The notes: generated from the sequence alone by a model not told the origin. Shown: positions 1 to 9,865, counted from the stretch's first letter. The stretch is DNA of 64,000 nucleotides from Myxococcota bacterium (GCA_039208735.1 JBCCQY010000041.1:1-64000), one strand, 5' to 3'. Made by a program: numbers and translations.

Positions 1-316
1 CCCCGCTCCGGCTCCGGTCGCCCCGGCGGTGGCTCCGGCCGCTCCCGTCGCGCCCGCGGTTGTCGCGACGGCTCCGGTGGTTGTCGACCCCGATGCCACG
101 CCCCTCGTTGCCGCGCCGACCATCGAAGAAGCCCCGGCTACCCTCGGTGCCGAGCCCAAGCTCCTGACCGTCGAAGCCACGGAAGGCACGATGGTCGAGA
201 TCAAGGCCAACGGCCGCAGCGTCTTCATCTTGGTCGACGGTGAGACCTTCAAGGTCTCCGATGCGTCGGGCCTCGAGCTGGCGCTCAAGAACCGCAAAGG
301 CAAGAACAAAAAGTAG
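1..316 (+). CDS. C-terminal part of a hypothetical protein with a Pro/Ala/Val-rich linker (5' truncated by the window edge)
   Basis: Frame appears open from the window start; low-complexity APVAP repeats, then a small beta-rich C-terminal segment; stop at 314-316 followed by a hairpin. Confidence 0.7.
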   Translation, partial: PAPAPVAPAVAPAAPVAPAVVATAPVVVDPDATPLVAAPTIEEAPATLGAEPKLLTVEATEGTMVEIKANGRSVFILVDGETFKVSDASGLELALKNRKGKNKK

Positions 317-329
317 TTCTGCGAGGTGC

Positions 330-357
330 GGCCGTGGAGGATTTGCCCTCCACGGCC
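330..357 (+). terminator. GC-rich stem-loop, probable terminator or RNA-stabilising hairpin
   Basis: GGCCGTGGAGG-(ATTTGC)-CCTCCACGGCC, a perfect 11-bp stem 14 nt after the stop; U-tract is weak. Confidence 0.55.
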
Positions 358-403
358 CGCCTTCGTCGTGACGACGCCGAGGCGCACCTGATAGCATCAC
401 GGA

Positions 404-2410
404 ATGTCAGACCAGGTTGCAGGGCTCATTCGTGCGTGGCTTGTTGTGGGAATGGCGGGAGGGTGTTCTCCCAAGCCAGAGCCCCCCGTGGCGGCCGCCC
501 GCGCACAGGTTGACGACCTCGGACACGCGCTCGCCTCCGGGGCTCGGTTCACCGTGGCACCGGGATGGCGCGTGGAGACGTTGCCCGATGGGGTCCGGGT
601 GATGGGTCCCGAGGGTCATCTTGAGGTCCACCTTGTGGAGACCACGGGCCCAGATCTCGAGGTCGCGATTGGCGAGGCGTGGCGATCTCGAGCCCCGGAC
701 TTCGATCGGGGGCCGGCCCGTTCGAGTGCCCTTCCCCTTCGCAACGGCTGGACCGAGGTTCGACGGGTCCAGTACGAGACCTCGCCTCACGAAAACCGGT
801 GGGTCCAGGCAACCGGAGTCCGGACCCCGGATGGCCGTGGTGTCGTGCTGCTCCTCAACGTTCCCGCCGACCACGCCCAACGACGCCAATCGGAACTCAA
901 GCTTCTGATCGACAGCGTGATGGCTCCTGGGTTCACCCCCGAGCGGTACGCCGGCCGTGAGGTGCAGCCCCTCGATGCTTCACGGCTCGATCAGGTTCGG
1001 ACGTGGATCCGGGAGGCCAAGGCCGAAACCGATCTTCCCGGGGTTGCCGTCGCCCTCTTTGATCGCGACATCCTACTCATGGCGGAAGGGTTCGGGGTTC
1101 GTGAAGTGGGCAAGGACGACCCGATCACGGCCGACACTCCGTTCCTCATTGCGTCCAACACGAAGTCGCTCACCACACTGCTCCTCGCCAAGCTCGTCGA
1201 GGAGGAGCGGTTTGAGTGGGATGATCCTGTAACCGAGGTTTATCCAGCATTTCGTCTCGGGGATGAGGCCACGACCGCACAGGTTCGCATGCGACACCTC
1301 GTGTGCGCCTGTACGGGCCTCCCTCGCCAGGACAACGAGTGGCTGTTCACCTACCATGAAGCGTCTCCACGCCAGGCGTTGGACGTGCTCGGCACGATGC
1401 AGCCGACGACGGGGTTCGGCGAACTCTACCAGTACAGCAATCCCCTGGCGGCCGCCGCAGGCTTCGTAGGTGCCCACGCGGTATTCCCCGATCTCGAACT
1501 CGGTTTGGCCTACGATCGGGCCATGCAAACGCGGGTCTTTGAGCCGCTTGGCATGACTCAGACCACCTTCGACTTCGAAGTGGCGGCTGCGGACGGAGCG
1601 GCGTCGCCGCACGGCTGGGATGCGTCGGTCACCCATGTTCCCATCACAAACACCATCAATCGAAACGTTCACCCGGTTCGTCCCGCCGGGGGCGCTTGGT
1701 CGACGGTTCGGGACTACGCTCGGTACGTCCAGCTCGAACTCGCGCAAGGAGCCCTGCCCGATGGCGGGATCTACCTGGATGCGCCAAGCATTCAGGAGCG
1801 CCATCGGCAACAGATCCGCATTGACCAACGGTCCGGGTACGGCATGGGTCTCGTGGTGACCGATGTGAAGGGCGTGCAGGTCGTGTCCCACGGGGGCGCG
1901 CTCGTGGGATTTACGAGCAACTTCTTCTTTGTGCCCGAGGCCGGTGTGGGCGGGGTCGTGATGACCAATGCCGACATTGGCTGGACGCTGACGACCCGAT
2001 TCTCAGCTTTCGTGATGGAGCTGCTGTACGCCGACGACACCCCCGAAGCCCTCGCGGACGTGAAGGTCAAGGCGCGAAACGCCCGGGCTTCGATGATCGA
2101 AGACCGAAAGACCTGGCAACTTCCCGTGAGCGAAGCGCACATTGGCATGCTGGCTCGTCACTACCGAAGCAAAGAGCTTGGGGACATCGTGGTCAAGCAG
2201 AGTGAAGAGGGCCGCCTGTACTTCGCCACGGGGGGCTGGACGACCGAGGTCGCGACCAAGCTCAACCCCGACGGGTCCCTTTCGTTTGTCATCCTTGAAC
2301 CCGGCCTTCTCGGCTACACGTTCTCTGCGGGTCAGCCGGACGGTATGTTCGAAGCGCTGGCGCTCCATGAGCCACAGCGCACGTACGTTTTTGAGGCCTT
2401 GGAGCGATGA
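404..2410 (+). CDS. Serine hydrolase, beta-lactamase/AmpC-like family, probable lipoprotein
   Basis: SxxK (ASNTK), YxN (YQYSN) and HGG motifs; N-terminal hydrophobic stretch ending AGGC. Confidence 0.85.
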   Translation: MSDQVAGLIRAWLVVGMAGGCSPKPEPPVAAARAQVDDLGHALASGARFTVAPGWRVETLPDGVRVMGPEGHLEVHLVETTGPDLEVAIGEAWRSRAPDFDRGPARSSALPLRNGWTEVRRVQYETSPHENRWVQATGVRTPDGRGVVLLLNVPADHAQRRQSELKLLIDSVMAPGFTPERYAGREVQPLDASRLDQVRTWIREAKAETDLPGVAVALFDRDILLMAEGFGVREVGKDDPITADTPFLIASNTKSLTTLLLAKLVEEERFEWDDPVTEVYPAFRLGDEATTAQVRMRHLVCACTGLPRQDNEWLFTYHEASPRQALDVLGTMQPTTGFGELYQYSNPLAAAAGFVGAHAVFPDLELGLAYDRAMQTRVFEPLGMTQTTFDFEVAAADGAASPHGWDASVTHVPITNTINRNVHPVRPAGGAWSTVRDYARYVQLELAQGALPDGGIYLDAPSIQERHRQQIRIDQRSGYGMGLVVTDVKGVQVVSHGGALVGFTSNFFFVPEAGVGGVVMTNADIGWTLTTRFSAFVMELLYADDTPEALADVKVKARNARASMIEDRKTWQLPVSEAHIGMLARHYRSKELGDIVVKQSEEGRLYFATGGWTTEVATKLNPDGSLSFVILEPGLLGYTFSAGQPDGMFEALALHEPQRTYVFEALER

Positions 2411-2416
2411 CGCTCG

Positions 2417-2935
2417 TTAGGCCTCGTTGATCGTCACCTTGACCATCTGCACGGGCGTATCGGGACGGTCGCCAGCGTTGGTTGGCGTGGACTCGATGGC
2501 CTGAACCACATCCATACCCGAGATGATCTTGCCGAACACCGGGTGCTTGGAGGGGCCGGAGCTGAACCAGTCCAAGTACTGATTGTGCACCGTGTTGATG
2601 AAGAACTGGCAGCTGCCGCTGTTGGGACGACCGGTGTTGGCCATCGACAGGGTGCCGGGTTCATTGGTGAGCTTTGCGTTTTCGGGATGCTCGTCTTGGA
2701 GGTTGCCGTAGGGGCTGTTGCCCGTGCCCGCCCGAGGGCTGTTCGGGTCGCGGCTGTGGGGGCATCCAAACTGGATCATGAACCCACGAATCACCCGGTG
2801 GAAGTGAAGGCCATCGTAAAAGCCCTCCTTCGCCAGACGAATGAAGTTGCCGGCCGTGATAGGCATCAGGTCGGTGAACAGCTCGACCTCGAACGTGCCG
2901 AGGGAGGTTTCCATCGTTGCGGTAGGATTTGCCAT
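2417..2935 (-). CDS. Cyclophilin-type peptidyl-prolyl cis-trans isomerase
   Basis: [29 protein letters not shown] and HPVFG motifs; start placed at MANPTAT. Confidence 0.93.
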   Translation of the reverse strand: MANPTATMETSLGTFEVELFTDLMPITAGNFIRLAKEGFYDGLHFHRVIRGFMIQFGCPHSRDPNSPRAGTGNSPYGNLQDEHPENAKLTNEPGTLSMANTGRPNSGSCQFFINTVHNQYLDWFSSGPSKHPVFGKIISGMDVVQAIESTPTNAGDRPDTPVQMVKVTINEA

Positions 2936-3086
2936 GGCCGCCTCGTAAATCCGTTCAGAAGCGTCGTCCACCTATGATCGGAGGCATGTCACCAAGCCCG
3001 TGTTGTGTGCCACGAACCAACACGGACGGTCATGGGAAGGTGGCAGCCGCGTCAGGGTGTTTACCCAAGGAAGGAGGAGTGCCGCC

Positions 3087-4163
3087 ATGTCTCGACCTCT
3101 GCTTGCCCTAGTCCTCGCCGGATGCACCACCGCACCCGCCACCCTGGCTCCGGAAGAGCCGCCGGCCACCGCCTTTTCGACGCAGCCTGCACCCCCTCCG
3201 CCCGTCCGCGTGACCCCGCGGGAGGCCACGCTGGTCGGCCTTGCCGAGGTTCTCCCCGAGGTGGCTGAGCGGTCCGTACAGTCCGTGGTCAGCGTTGTGA
3301 CCCGCAACCAGGCGCGGTTCACGGTTCGTGGACCTGCCCCGCAAGGCCTTGGCTCGGGCGTCATCGTTCGCTCCGATGGCATCGTGGTGACGAACAACCA
3401 CGTGGTCGAGAACGCCGACATGGTCATCGTCAAGCTGCCGGACGGAGGCGACTACCAGGCGCGCGTTGTGGGCACCGATCCCGCTAGCGACTTGGCGGTG
3501 TTGAGCATCGTCGACCCGCCCTCGAACCTCGTGGCGCTCCCCTTTGGCGATTCCGATGGACTGCGACTGGGTGAGGTGGTCCTGGCCGTCGGGACGCCGT
3601 TCGGAATCGGGCAGACCGTCACCATGGGCATTGTGAGCGCGAAGGGACGGTCGAACGTAGGCATCGTGCGGTACGAGGACTTCATTCAGACCGATGCCGC
3701 GATCAATCCCGGGAACTCGGGAGGGGCGCTCGTCGACCTCGACGGTACGTTGGTCGGCATCAACACCGCGATCTTCAGCCGTTCGGGCGGGTCGCAGGGC
3801 ATCGGGTTTTCGATTCCCGCTTCGATGGCCTCGGAAATCGTCGAAGACATCTTGAACGATGGCCAGGTCGACCGGGGCTACCTCGGGGTGATGATCGGCA
3901 ACATCGATGACATGCGTGCACGGGCATTGAGCATCGACGGTGGGGTTCGCATCCAGGGTGTGGAGAGCGGGACACCGGCCGCGGCCGCAGGGCTTCGTGA
4001 CAACGACATCGTGGTGGCCTTCCAGGGCAAGCCGGTGACCGACTCGACGCGGTTCCGCAATGCCGTGGCGCTCACCGGGGCGGGCCAGCCGTTCACCATC
4101 GAGGTGATTCGGGGCCGCAAGCGTCGGACCTTCGAAGGGACCCTGGGCCTCCTGCCACAGTAA
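3087..4163 (+). CDS. HtrA/DegQ-family trypsin-like serine protease with one PDZ domain, lipoprotein
   Basis: TNNHVV, SDLAV and IQTDAAINPGNSGG catalytic triad motifs; GYLGV PDZ entry; lipobox LAGC; GGAGGAG RBS before ATG 3087. Confidence 0.92.
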   Translation: MSRPLLALVLAGCTTAPATLAPEEPPATAFSTQPAPPPPVRVTPREATLVGLAEVLPEVAERSVQSVVSVVTRNQARFTVRGPAPQGLGSGVIVRSDGIVVTNNHVVENADMVIVKLPDGGDYQARVVGTDPASDLAVLSIVDPPSNLVALPFGDSDGLRLGEVVLAVGTPFGIGQTVTMGIVSAKGRSNVGIVRYEDFIQTDAAINPGNSGGALVDLDGTLVGINTAIFSRSGGSQGIGFSIPASMASEIVEDILNDGQVDRGYLGVMIGNIDDMRARALSIDGGVRIQGVESGTPAAAAGLRDNDIVVAFQGKPVTDSTRFRNAVALTGAGQPFTIEVIRGRKRRTFEGTLGLLPQ

Positions 4164-4752
4164 GGTGCCCGCGTAACCAGGCTCGCTGGGCCTGGGCGCG
4201 GCGAGAGAGGGTGCGGACGTCGGTCACGCATTCCCAGGGGACGGTTCGTACGAGGAACACCCCGTTGGGACTCTGGAAGACCGATTGACCAGCGGCCGTC
4301 AGAGCTTGCGGGTCCACCACGAGGAGCACCCCCACGTTGGCGCGCTTGCCCACTTTGTCGTGCGGCGTGCCCGCGAGGTGGACGTGGGTGCGCGCCATGG
4401 GGCGAAGGCCGCCACTGTTTGCGATGTCCGTGACCGCTTCGGGCGTGGTCCCGTGGAAGAGCGGGTCGGTGCGAACCACGCGATGCCAGCTTGCCTCGAG
4501 GGCATCTGCGGTCACCGGCGTACCTTCGGTCGAATGCCCTTGGCACGCCCGGATCTGCGTTCCATCCACCTGGAACCGCTGTTTGTTGTTGGTCGCCACG
4601 CAGGCTTCCAGCGCTTCATCCGACACGCGGAGGTGTCGCATCACGTCGGAGACGGCGACCCAGCCGGCGGCGTCCATGGACAGGCCGACTTCGTTGGCGC
4701 CGTGGCGAAGAAGCCACGAAAGGCGTCGACTGAGTTTCTTGAGATCCTTCAT
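4093..4752 (-). CDS. kptA: RNA 2'-phosphotransferase (KptA/Tpt1 family)
   Basis: LSWLLRHG, GWV, NNKQRF, IRACQGHS, LFHGT, GLRPMARTHVHL and NGVFL motifs; its 3' end overlaps the convergent HtrA gene. Confidence 0.92.
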   Translation of the reverse strand: MKDLKKLSRRLSWLLRHGANEVGLSMDAAGWVAVSDVMRHLRVSDEALEACVATNNKQRFQVDGTQIRACQGHSTEGTPVTADALEASWHRVVRTDPLFHGTTPEAVTDIANSGGLRPMARTHVHLAGTPHDKVGKRANVGVLLVVDPQALTAAGQSVFQSPNGVFLVRTVPWECVTDVRTLSRRAQAQRAWLRGHLTVAGGPGSLRRSDACGPESPRW

Positions 4753-4774
4753 GCGAAACGGATAGTCCGCACCT

Positions 4775-4810
4775 ATCATTGATACCAATGATGATTTCTA
4801 ATGCATCATT
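4775..4810. promoter_or_regulatory. Candidate LysR operator between divergent kptA and lysR
   Basis: Two overlapping 7-bp dyads in an AT-rich spacer: ATCATTG-N4-CAATGAT (4775-4792) and AATGATG-N10-CATCATT (4787-4810). Confidence 0.5.
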
Positions 4811-4820
4811 CAGGATTGGA

Positions 4821-5624
4821 ATGATGGATCTCAATCTACTTACGACGCTGGTGGCCGTGGCCGAGACGGGCAACCTGACTCGAGCCGGACAGCGTCTTGG
4901 GCTGACCCAACCTGCGGTTCACCATCAGTTGGCTCGACTCGCCGAGTCGGTCGGACGGCCGTTGTATGTACGCGAGGGACGAGGACTTCGGCTCACTGCC
5001 GCCGGGCGTCGACTCGCGGCTTTGGGTCGAACCGTGGGTCGCGCCACCGAGGTCGCGATGGCCGAACTCCGGGGCAGCGGTCGGCCTTTGCCCGTGATCG
5101 CGGCGGGACGCAGTACCTGGCGCGATCGGGTGGTGGCGCTCCCGCCCTGTCGGCCTTGGGTCTGCGATGGTCCTCGCGCGTTGGCTGCGGTGCGGGATGG
5201 TGACGCGCAGCTCGGAATCGCCGCCCTTTCGCCGCCCCCGGATCTGGCCAGTCGCGTGGTGGCCCAAAGCGAAGCGTGCGTGGTGGTGGCTGCCGACGAT
5301 CCGCTCGCCCACGCATCGTCGGTGACCTACGCGGATCTCACCGGCCGCGCGTTCGTTTTACCTCCACCGGGTCGACCGGTTCGAGAGGCGGTGGCCGCAC
5401 GGATACCGAACCTGGAGGTGACGGTCGAGGCGGACGGCTGGGACGTACTTCAGCGGTTTGTCGCGCTTGGTGCAGGGATCACGGTCATCAACACGGGCGT
5501 GGCCCTGCTACCCGGTGTGGTCGCGGTGACCCTCGAAGATGCGATGCAGGTGACCTACCGTGCGTTTTGGCGTGAGGACGTCGACGCGACCTCGTGGGTC
5601 GCGACGATGTTCCCTAAAGCCTAA
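4821..5624 (+). CDS. LysR-family transcriptional regulator
   Basis: N-terminal HTH MDLNLLTTLVAVAETGNLTRAGQRLGLTQPAVHHQLARL...LTAAG; C-terminal FVALGAGIT. Confidence 0.9.
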   Translation: MMDLNLLTTLVAVAETGNLTRAGQRLGLTQPAVHHQLARLAESVGRPLYVREGRGLRLTAAGRRLAALGRTVGRATEVAMAELRGSGRPLPVIAAGRSTWRDRVVALPPCRPWVCDGPRALAAVRDGDAQLGIAALSPPPDLASRVVAQSEACVVVAADDPLAHASSVTYADLTGRAFVLPPPGRPVREAVAARIPNLEVTVEADGWDVLQRFVALGAGITVINTGVALLPGVVAVTLEDAMQVTYRAFWREDVDATSWVATMFPKA

Positions 5625-6028
5625 GGCGTGGCGGGGGGCGAACCCGTATCGGAGCCGCCCGTTCGCATGAGCGAGTAGGTGCCCGAGTAGCCACAAGGCT
5701 GGGACTTGCCGCACTCGAACGTCATCACCACTTCGCCCGTGAACATCTCGCGCGAATCGTCGAGGCCTCCCTCGAGCGCGAGGAACTGAATGCCTCCGGC
5801 TTGCTGAAAGTCGACGGCCGCTACGCCATTGAAAGCTTCCGCCCGTCGGACGCCGTAGTCCACGGACCCGCCCTTTTCGGCCACCTGGGCATCGCCGGTG
5901 AGGAACTCACCGAAGCTGAACACCGCGGTCATCGTTCGTCCTGCTGCTTCACCGCTCCACGTTCCGTCGAGGTCCCCGAGCAGCTCATCATCCGCGCCGC
6001 ATGCCAACAAGGCCATCCACATCCACAT
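5621..6028 (-). CDS. Hypothetical small beta-rich lipoprotein
   Basis: [11 protein letters not shown] lipobox-like start preceded by GGAGG; DGTWSG beta-barrel-like motif. Confidence 0.65.
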   Translation of the reverse strand: MWMWMALLACGADDELLGDLDGTWSGEAAGRTMTAVFSFGEFLTGDAQVAEKGGSVDYGVRRAEAFNGVAAVDFQQAGGIQFLALEGGLDDSREMFTGEVVMTFECGKSQPCGYSGTYSLMRTGGSDTGSPPATP

Positions 6029-6200
6029 CGTACCTCCGTCCTCCTCCGGAGCCGCACCCCTGCAACCCCCATTCCCATGTCGGGGCTTATTGAACTGTGC
6101 GGCCGTCCGTCGCTTCACGAACGTGACGTTCTACACTGCGGCAAATCTGCCGCGTAGCGACGGGACGGATTGGACGTCAAGCAAAGGCAAAGGCGGAACG

Positions 6201-7457
6201 ATGCAGGACGTCGTGGTGGTGGGAGCAGGGGTTGCGGGGCTGTCCGCGGCGACGACCTTGCAGGAAGCGGGACGGTCCGTAGTTGTGCTCGAAGCTCGCG
6301 ATCGAATCGGGGGTCGGGTGCGGACCGAACGTCTGTGGGGCGAGGGGCCGGTCGAGCTAGGCGCCACCTGGATCCATGGTCGCAAGGGCAATCCGATCTA
6401 CAAGCTCGCCCGGCGCCAGGGGCTGACGCTGCGGCGGTCCCGGACCGAGCGCGTAGTGTTGAACGGGAAACCCTTGTCGCGTCGCGAACAACGGGCGATC
6501 GACCGGGGGGTGCAGTCGGTTTGGCAGCACTGGGAAGCCGTGAAGGCGCGTGGTGTCGATCGCTCCCTCGTCGATGCTTTGCCTCCCGGGCCCCGTGGAC
6601 CCGGCGTTGACGCGGTGCTTCGCGATGTGGCCCTCGACTACGGAGCTGACCTTGAGGCGCTGGGACTGCTGGCCTGGGAGGAGGACGAGGCCTACCCTGG
6701 GGGCGATTTTTGGGTCTTCGAAGGCATGGAACGCGTGCCGCAGGCCTTGTCTCAAGGGATCGACGTGCGGCTTGGCATCGTGGTCACCGCCATTGAGGTG
6801 AGGCCCGACGGCGTTCGCATGGAGACTGAAGCCGGAGCGTTTCAGGCTCGATCTGTGATTTGCACGGTGCCTCTGGGGGTCCTGCAGAAAGGGGCGATTC
6901 GATTCGATCCGGTCCTGCCCGAGGCGACGCAGCGCGCAATTGCGGGGTTGGCGATGGGACGGGGCTTCACGTTGGCCCTGCGGCTGGCCGAGCCGGTGGA
7001 TCCGAAGCCGGCGGATTTCTTCACCGACCTTGGCCCTGACGTTCCCTGGCCCGACGATCTCCTTTGGCCGGCGCCGCTGCAGGATGCTCCGGTGCTCGTA
7101 GGGATGACCGTCGGCAAGGAGGCAGACCGAGCGGTGGCGGACCCCGAGGCGGCCGCAGCGCGCATGCTCGCCACAGTCGCACAGGTCACGGGGCGACCGG
7201 CGCCTGCCCTCGAGGCGTGGAAAGCCTCGGACTGGACGGATGACCCTTACGCGCGGGGAGCGTGGTCGTTCAACCCGGTGGGGGCTCCCCTCGCCCTGCG
7301 TGAGGGCTTTAGGGACCCCGGACTGGGGCGCCTGGCGTTCGCTGGCGAACACACGAGTGCGGACTTCCCCGGCACGCTACACGGGGCCTGGCATAGCGGC
7401 CGTGAGGCGGCCCGTCGCGTGGTCCGTCAAGCGGATGCGGGTTCGAGCACCGCGTAA
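6201..7457 (+). CDS. Flavin monoamine oxidase / polyamine oxidase family FAD-dependent oxidoreductase
   Basis: GAGVAGL...[35 protein letters not shown] and FAGEHT...[10 protein letters not shown] motifs. Confidence 0.9.
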   Translation: MQDVVVVGAGVAGLSAATTLQEAGRSVVVLEARDRIGGRVRTERLWGEGPVELGATWIHGRKGNPIYKLARRQGLTLRRSRTERVVLNGKPLSRREQRAIDRGVQSVWQHWEAVKARGVDRSLVDALPPGPRGPGVDAVLRDVALDYGADLEALGLLAWEEDEAYPGGDFWVFEGMERVPQALSQGIDVRLGIVVTAIEVRPDGVRMETEAGAFQARSVICTVPLGVLQKGAIRFDPVLPEATQRAIAGLAMGRGFTLALRLAEPVDPKPADFFTDLGPDVPWPDDLLWPAPLQDAPVLVGMTVGKEADRAVADPEAAAARMLATVAQVTGRPAPALEAWKASDWTDDPYARGAWSFNPVGAPLALREGFRDPGLGRLAFAGEHTSADFPGTLHGAWHSGREAARRVVRQADAGSSTA

Positions 7458-8365
7458 TCAACACCGGTGAGGGCTACCGACCGGCGCCAGAGTTCCGCCG
7501 CATCCGTCTTCGAGAGCGCAGCCCGAGCGGGCTTGGCCTTGGTGGGGTACCCCCACAGCCCGAAGGGGCCGTTAGGACCGATGTAGTCGTTGCCTTCGAC
7601 TTCTCGCGCGGTCGCCGCGTAAACGGTGGGCAGTGCACCCATTTCGGACGACTGGGCGAACAGGGCGTTCCCCATCGTCATGAACATGCCGCCCAGGAAG
7701 GACCCCGTCATCTGGGGCCCCACGTGCTGGAGGTTCGTCGCGGCGTAGCCGGGGTGACACGACACCGCGATGGGGGCAAGGCTGGCCAAACGGCGGTCGA
7801 GTTCGGCGGTGAACAGCAGGTTCGCCAGCTTGGACTGTCCGTAGGCCGGCCAAGGGGCGTAGCCTTCCTGCCCTTGGAGGTCCGAGAAGTCCATGCGACC
7901 AATGCGATGGGCTTCCGAGGCGACATTCACGATGCGGGAGTCGGCCGTGCTGGTGAGCCGGGAAAGCAACCGGCCGGTGAGGGCGAAGTGGCCCAGATGG
8001 TTGGTTCCGAGTTGCATTTCGAAGCCATCGGCCGTTTCGCGTCGGGGAATGGCCATGATGCCGGCGTTGTTGATCAGCAGGTCAAGCCGGTCGTACGCAT
8101 CGAGGAACCCATCCGCGAACGCTCGGATGTTGCTAAGGTCGGCCAGATCGAGCTGGCGAACCTCGAGGGTCGCGTTCGGAACGGCCTCGAGAAGGACGCC
8201 GCGCGCTGCCGCCGCCTTCTCGAGATTGCGGCAGGCGAGCACCACCGTGGCCCCGGCTTTGGCGAGCATGCGTGCCGCGTCGAGGCCGATGCCGCTATTC
8301 GCACCTGTGATGACGGCCACACGGCCCTGCTGATCGGGAATGTCGTCGGCGGTCCAACGGCTCAT
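7427..8365 (-). CDS. Short-chain dehydrogenase/reductase (retinol dehydrogenase/WWOX-like)
   Basis: [18 protein letters not shown] and YGQSK (YxxxK) motifs; start overlaps the upstream stop (ATGA). Confidence 0.92.
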   Translation of the reverse strand: MSRWTADDIPDQQGRVAVITGANSGIGLDAARMLAKAGATVVLACRNLEKAAAARGVLLEAVPNATLEVRQLDLADLSNIRAFADGFLDAYDRLDLLINNAGIMAIPRRETADGFEMQLGTNHLGHFALTGRLLSRLTSTADSRIVNVASEAHRIGRMDFSDLQGQEGYAPWPAYGQSKLANLLFTAELDRRLASLAPIAVSCHPGYAATNLQHVGPQMTGSFLGGMFMTMGNALFAQSSEMGALPTVYAATAREVEGNDYIGPNGPFGLWGYPTKAKPARAALSKTDAAELWRRSVALTGVDYAVLEPASA

Positions 8366-8685
8366 GGAATGGACTCCTCGGAAAAATCGGACCCCAGCTG
8401 CATACCGTGGTCGCCCTCATCCAGGATCCGCCACCCCAGTTCGCGGCGGAGGGGCTCGAAATCCACGACGCGATCGGCGTAGACATCGACGGTGACGAGC
8501 GCATGTTCGGGCCACGTGTGCAACATGACCCGAACCTCGTGTCCCAACACGGCAACGCTGTGACCGTGAGGCTCGAAGGCATGAACCAACGCCGGTCCTA
8601 CCGCGCCTAACAGTCGAGCGGCGCGTTCGAGTTCGGGTTGGTCGGGTCGGGCGTGGAACAGCCCGGCCGCGTGGTGGATGTTCAC
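8362..8685 (-). CDS. AdoMet decarboxylase-like paralog lacking the pyruvoyl-forming Ser (putative non-processing subunit)
   Basis: Has HAFEPHGHS and LHTWPE, typical of class 1 SpeD; ESH is replaced by EVR and DxFxC by DVYAD; GTG start overlaps the upstream TGA. Confidence 0.75.
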   Translation of the reverse strand: MNIHHAAGLFHARPDQPELERAARLLGAVGPALVHAFEPHGHSVAVLGHEVRVMLHTWPEHALVTVDVYADRVVDFEPLRRELGWRILDEGDHGMQLGSDFSEESIP

Positions 8686-9032
8686 CTTGGGCCTCGGGGC
8701 ACCCAACGCGTGGTCACCTGCGTGGCCCCCAAGTGGGTGGTCACGTGATCCGCCAGGTTCTCGGGCAGCTCGATGCAGGAGAACACATCGACGTAAGCCC
8801 CGCCCGATGCAGGGTCGGTGTGCACCGAGGCGTGAGATTCAGCGAGCAGCAACACGCCGACCAACCCCGCGGCGTTGGGCCGGACCAACGGCTCGCCAAG
8901 CCCCGTCAACCCACCGGCCCTGGCCAAGGCCTCAAGTAGGTCGATGATGGCCTGCGGGTCGCGTAGGGTCTCCGTTCGGCACCCGGAGGCGTCGGCAAGC
9001 CAATGGATGCCGAGGAGCCCTGGCTGACTCAC
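8682..9032 (-). CDS. speD: S-adenosylmethionine decarboxylase proenzyme-like protein (pyruvoyl-bearing subunit)
   Basis: LGIHWLAD..GC, LLAESHASVHT and YVDVFSC motifs; GTG start (VSQPG) overlaps the cytochrome stop (GTGA). Confidence 0.82.
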   Translation of the reverse strand: MSQPGLLGIHWLADASGCRTETLRDPQAIIDLLEALARAGGLTGLGEPLVRPNAAGLVGVLLLAESHASVHTDPASGGAYVDVFSCIELPENLADHVTTHLGATQVTTRWVPRGPR

Positions 9033-9865
9033 AGAGGTGGCGTCACGAGGGAGTCGCAGTTCGGAGGCTGAGCCGACTCGTGGCATCCCGCGGTGAGGCA
9101 GGTCGTGGGGTTGGTGCCGGCGAGGTGGGAGTCGGCGTGGCACGTGTCGCAATCGAGGTTCTTCGTGGACCCCGGATGGCACCCTTCGCAGCCCGTGACC
9201 CACTGGGTATCGTCCGCGATGGGGACGCAGGAATTGGCGTCGGCCAGGAGCGTGCCATGAGGCGACCGCGGACCATGGAAGAACGGATTCGACGACCAAG
9301 CGACGGGCTCGTGGCACGGTCCGCAATCCCAGCGGAAGCGGGGATCGGGTTCTTTCTGCTTGAGGTCGAGGTAGCGGATGTAGTGCAGGCCCTGACCGAG
9401 CGGGTCGGTCGGATCCTTCGTCCAGCGCTCGGCCTCGTGGCAGTTCCAGCAATAGGAGGATTCGCCGGCGAGATCTGCGTAGTTCTTCGTGTCCTTGTGA
9501 CAGGCCGAACAGTCCTGGTCGTGGGAGCCTTCGAGGGGCAGGAAGTCGTGAAACCCGTCTTCCACGCCCAAAACCTCAGCCCACGTGAAGTGCTCGCTGC
9601 TGTGGCACCCGGCTTCGTTGCAGGTCTGATTGGGGAAGTGCGTGTCGTTCTTCCGGTCTTCTTCGTGACAGCTCTGGCAGTTCGTCGGCAGCGGCTGATA
9701 GGGTCGCCCCTCGGTGTGGCAGGCCTCGCACGTCAGCAGTTCGTGAGCACCCGCAATCACGAACCGAGCTTCTTGAGGTTCGGCCGTAAAGCGATTGCAT
9801 CCGGCCGTGGCCAACCCAAAGGCAACGACGAAAGCGGCTCGCGGCATGCTTCCAGCTCGAATCAT
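9029..9865 (-). CDS. Multiheme c-type cytochrome lipoprotein (7 CxxCH plus 2 CX4CH)
   Basis: CEACH, CQSCH, CSACH, CWNCH, CGPCH, CEGCH and CDTCH, plus CNEAGCH and CLTAGCH; lipobox TAGC; start may instead be 9847. Confidence 0.85.
   Translation of the reverse strand: MIRAGSMPRAAFVVAFGLATAGCNRFTAEPQEARFVIAGAHELLTCEACHTEGRPYQPLPTNCQSCHEEDRKNDTHFPNQTCNEAGCHSSEHFTWAEVLGVEDGFHDFLPLEGSHDQDCSACHKDTKNYADLAGESSYCWNCHEAERWTKDPTDPLGQGLHYIRYLDLKQKEPDPRFRWDCGPCHEPVAWSSNPFFHGPRSPHGTLLADANSCVPIADDTQWVTGCEGCHPGSTKNLDCDTCHADSHLAGTNPTTCLTAGCHESAQPPNCDSLVTPPL

Noticed and set aside
9033..9452. Upstream extension of the speD ORF (8682-9452), suggesting a larger fusion
   Set aside because: It overlaps the cytochrome in another frame and looks like low-information Arg/Pro-rich sequence; the GTGA overlap at 9029-9032 marks the likely start.
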